Virus record (IMG/VR): IMGVR_UViG_3300028901_000316 | Strand: one strand, 5' to 3' | DNA length: 64,000 bases | Source of the DNA: a virus | Shown: piece after piece, positions 62,794 through 64,000 of the stretch | How the letters are laid out: the number at the start of each line of letters is the position of its first letter | Numbering within the stretch: the first letter of the stretch is position 1 | Notes under the pieces: generated by a model | What the model was told of the DNA's origin: nothing | The model's database searches: none | The model's input: the letters and a program-made list of their open reading frames with translations, nothing else | Position numbers and translations under genes: made by a program

Positions 62794-63009
62794 GTTCGGC
62801 TCCTTGTTCCAAACCCCGAGGCCACACGACCTCGGGGCCGCGACGTGGGTGGTGTCCCGGGGTGCCGGGACCACGTCGCGCTACTCGTCGCCAACGCACG
62901 CGCGTCGGCTCAAAGCCGCTCGTCGCGATCTCTCGCGGCGATGCGGATCGGCGTGTACCGCGCGGAAACGCTCCGCACGGGTTGGGCGCGCACGCCGGCG
63001 CGGTTTGTG

Positions 63010-63615
63010 TCAGTCGTCGTGTGTCGCGGCATCGCGCTCGAAGAACTTCGAGCAGTCGTCGCACTCGTAACCGCCGCGATGGCCCTTGAAGTTGACCTCG
63101 GGCTCGTCGGCCGCTGGCTTCACCGACGTGAACTGGTCGCAACCGCATGTGCAGACCAACCGCATGCCCTCGACCATCACGGGCGGCTTCGGCTTGGCCA
63201 TCGATTCGCTGAGCCGCGCCAGCATCGCGTCGGTGCGGGACAGGCTCGCGTCGAGCGAGCGCTGGCCCGCGTCGAAGCACGTCTGGCACACGATCGCGAA
63301 CTTCGAACCGCTTTTCCCCACCGCGCCCGCCGGCCGCACCTTGCAGTCCATGCAAAGGGTCGCGGACGAAGCCGGGCAGGCCGAGCCCGATCGCTCAGCC
63401 TTGCCCGACGCGCATTGATCCTGATGGGCCGACGCGTCGGCGTACACGCGGGCGCCGATCCGCGCCACCACGTCGTCGATCTGGGCCTCCACCCGCGTCT
63501 CCGCGCCGTTGATCCGCGCCGCGCTGCTCGCCTGGCGGTCCACGATCGCCCTGCTGATCGCCAGGCTGGTCGAGATCGCACTGGAACCGTCACGCCGCCG
63601 CTGCGTTGCTGCCAT
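63010..63615 (-). CDS. Hypothetical protein with CxxC motifs
   Basis: CMDC, CQTC, CTCGC, CDDC; AAGGAG RBS. Confidence 0.6.
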   Translation of the reverse strand: MAATQRRRDGSSAISTSLAISRAIVDRQASSAARINGAETRVEAQIDDVVARIGARVYADASAHQDQCASGKAERSGSACPASSATLCMDCKVRPAGAVGKSGSKFAIVCQTCFDAGQRSLDASLSRTDAMLARLSESMAKPKPPVMVEGMRLVCTCGCDQFTSVKPAADEPEVNFKGHRGGYECDDCSKFFERDAATHDD

Positions 63616-64000
63616 TGCCAAGCTCCTTGCTTGTGGGTGTCGCGTCCGCGAACCCAAGTTCAGCCCGGCGGCGCGCAGCTACAGCCGCGGCCTCCTCCGG
63701 GTTTGTGAAGAGACCGAGGTACTCGTTCTTGCGGTTGTGGCGGACGATCGCCTGCCACTTGCCCGCGCCAGCGTGCCAAGAGACGCCGCGCAGTCCGCCC
63801 GCCTTGTTCCGGCGGTTGCGGTGAACGTTCTGCTGATTTTGCTGTTGGGTGACAGCGCGGAGATTTTCGCGCCGGTTGTTGAGGCGGTTCCCGTCGATGT
63901 GGTCGGAGACCTCGTCGTCAGCCAGCGGACGTCCGAGCTTGCGCTCGAGGATCAGCCGATGGAGCTTGATCTTGTCTGGTGGGGGAGCCGGATTGCGGCG
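63590..64000 (-). CDS. HNH + AP2-domain endonuclease, 5' truncated by the window edge (absent from the ORF track)
   Basis: Manual translation: KLHRLIL...SDHIDGNRLNNRRENLRAVTQQQN...LRGVSWH...KWQAIV...YLGLFTNPEEAA. Confidence 0.9.
   Translation of the reverse strand, partial: RRNPAPPPDKIKLHRLILERKLGRPLADDEVSDHIDGNRLNNRRENLRAVTQQQNQQNVHRNRRNKAGGLRGVSWHAGAGKWQAIVRHNRKNEYLGLFTNPEEAAAVAARRRAELGFADATPTSKELGNGSNAAAA

Larger units (their letters stand above)
47..64000 (-). mobile_element. Temperate tailed-phage prophage (siphovirus-like, GTA-like tail tip, P22-like capsid), right end outside window
   Basis: att-like tRNA fragment plus integrase at the left end, then tail, head, terminase and replication/recombination modules almost all on the minus strand, with frequent ATGA/TTGA/GTGA start-stop overlaps. 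Confidence 0.95.

Noticed and set aside
2466-63708. Many long plus-strand or alternate-frame ORFs (e.g. 2466-3788, 3061-4635, 23284-24558, 26914-28434, 38823-40517, 58078-59490)
   Set aside because: Arg/Ala/Pro-rich, motif-free and fully overlapping well-supported minus-strand genes

Overview
The window is almost entirely one high-GC temperate siphovirus-like prophage, nearly all encoded on the minus strand and cut off at the right edge. At the left end is an att site: the 3' 28 nt of a tRNA (probably Ser) followed by a terminator. A tyrosine integrase that the ORF track missed reads through this site and off the window edge. From left to right follow: a GTA-like tail tip (DUF2793, tail protein, NlpC/P60, DUF2163, DUF2460); a ~6 kb accessory insert; tape measure, chaperones with a -1 frameshift, tail tube and neck; P22-like capsid, scaffold, Mu-F/gp7 and DUF4055 portal; a block of exported or membrane proteins; terminase; and an early region with four DNA methyltransferases, CsrA, a HerA-like ATPase, a replication initiator with iterons, RecT/RecE, an SMC-like ATPase and two HNH genes. 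The main find is a complete, array-less type IV-B CRISPR-Cas effector operon (cysH-like, csf1, cas11, csf2, csf3; 11208-14609) placed directly behind the tape measure gene. Other notable items are two tRNA-like elements (one at the end of a ~400 nt hairpin-rich intergenic tract), a nucleotidyltransferase-motif gene in the tail tip, signal-peptide-bearing proteins between terminase and portal, and two nested dual-frame inserts. The host is probably a planctomycete (inference). All family assignments come from motifs recognised by eye; no database search was run.
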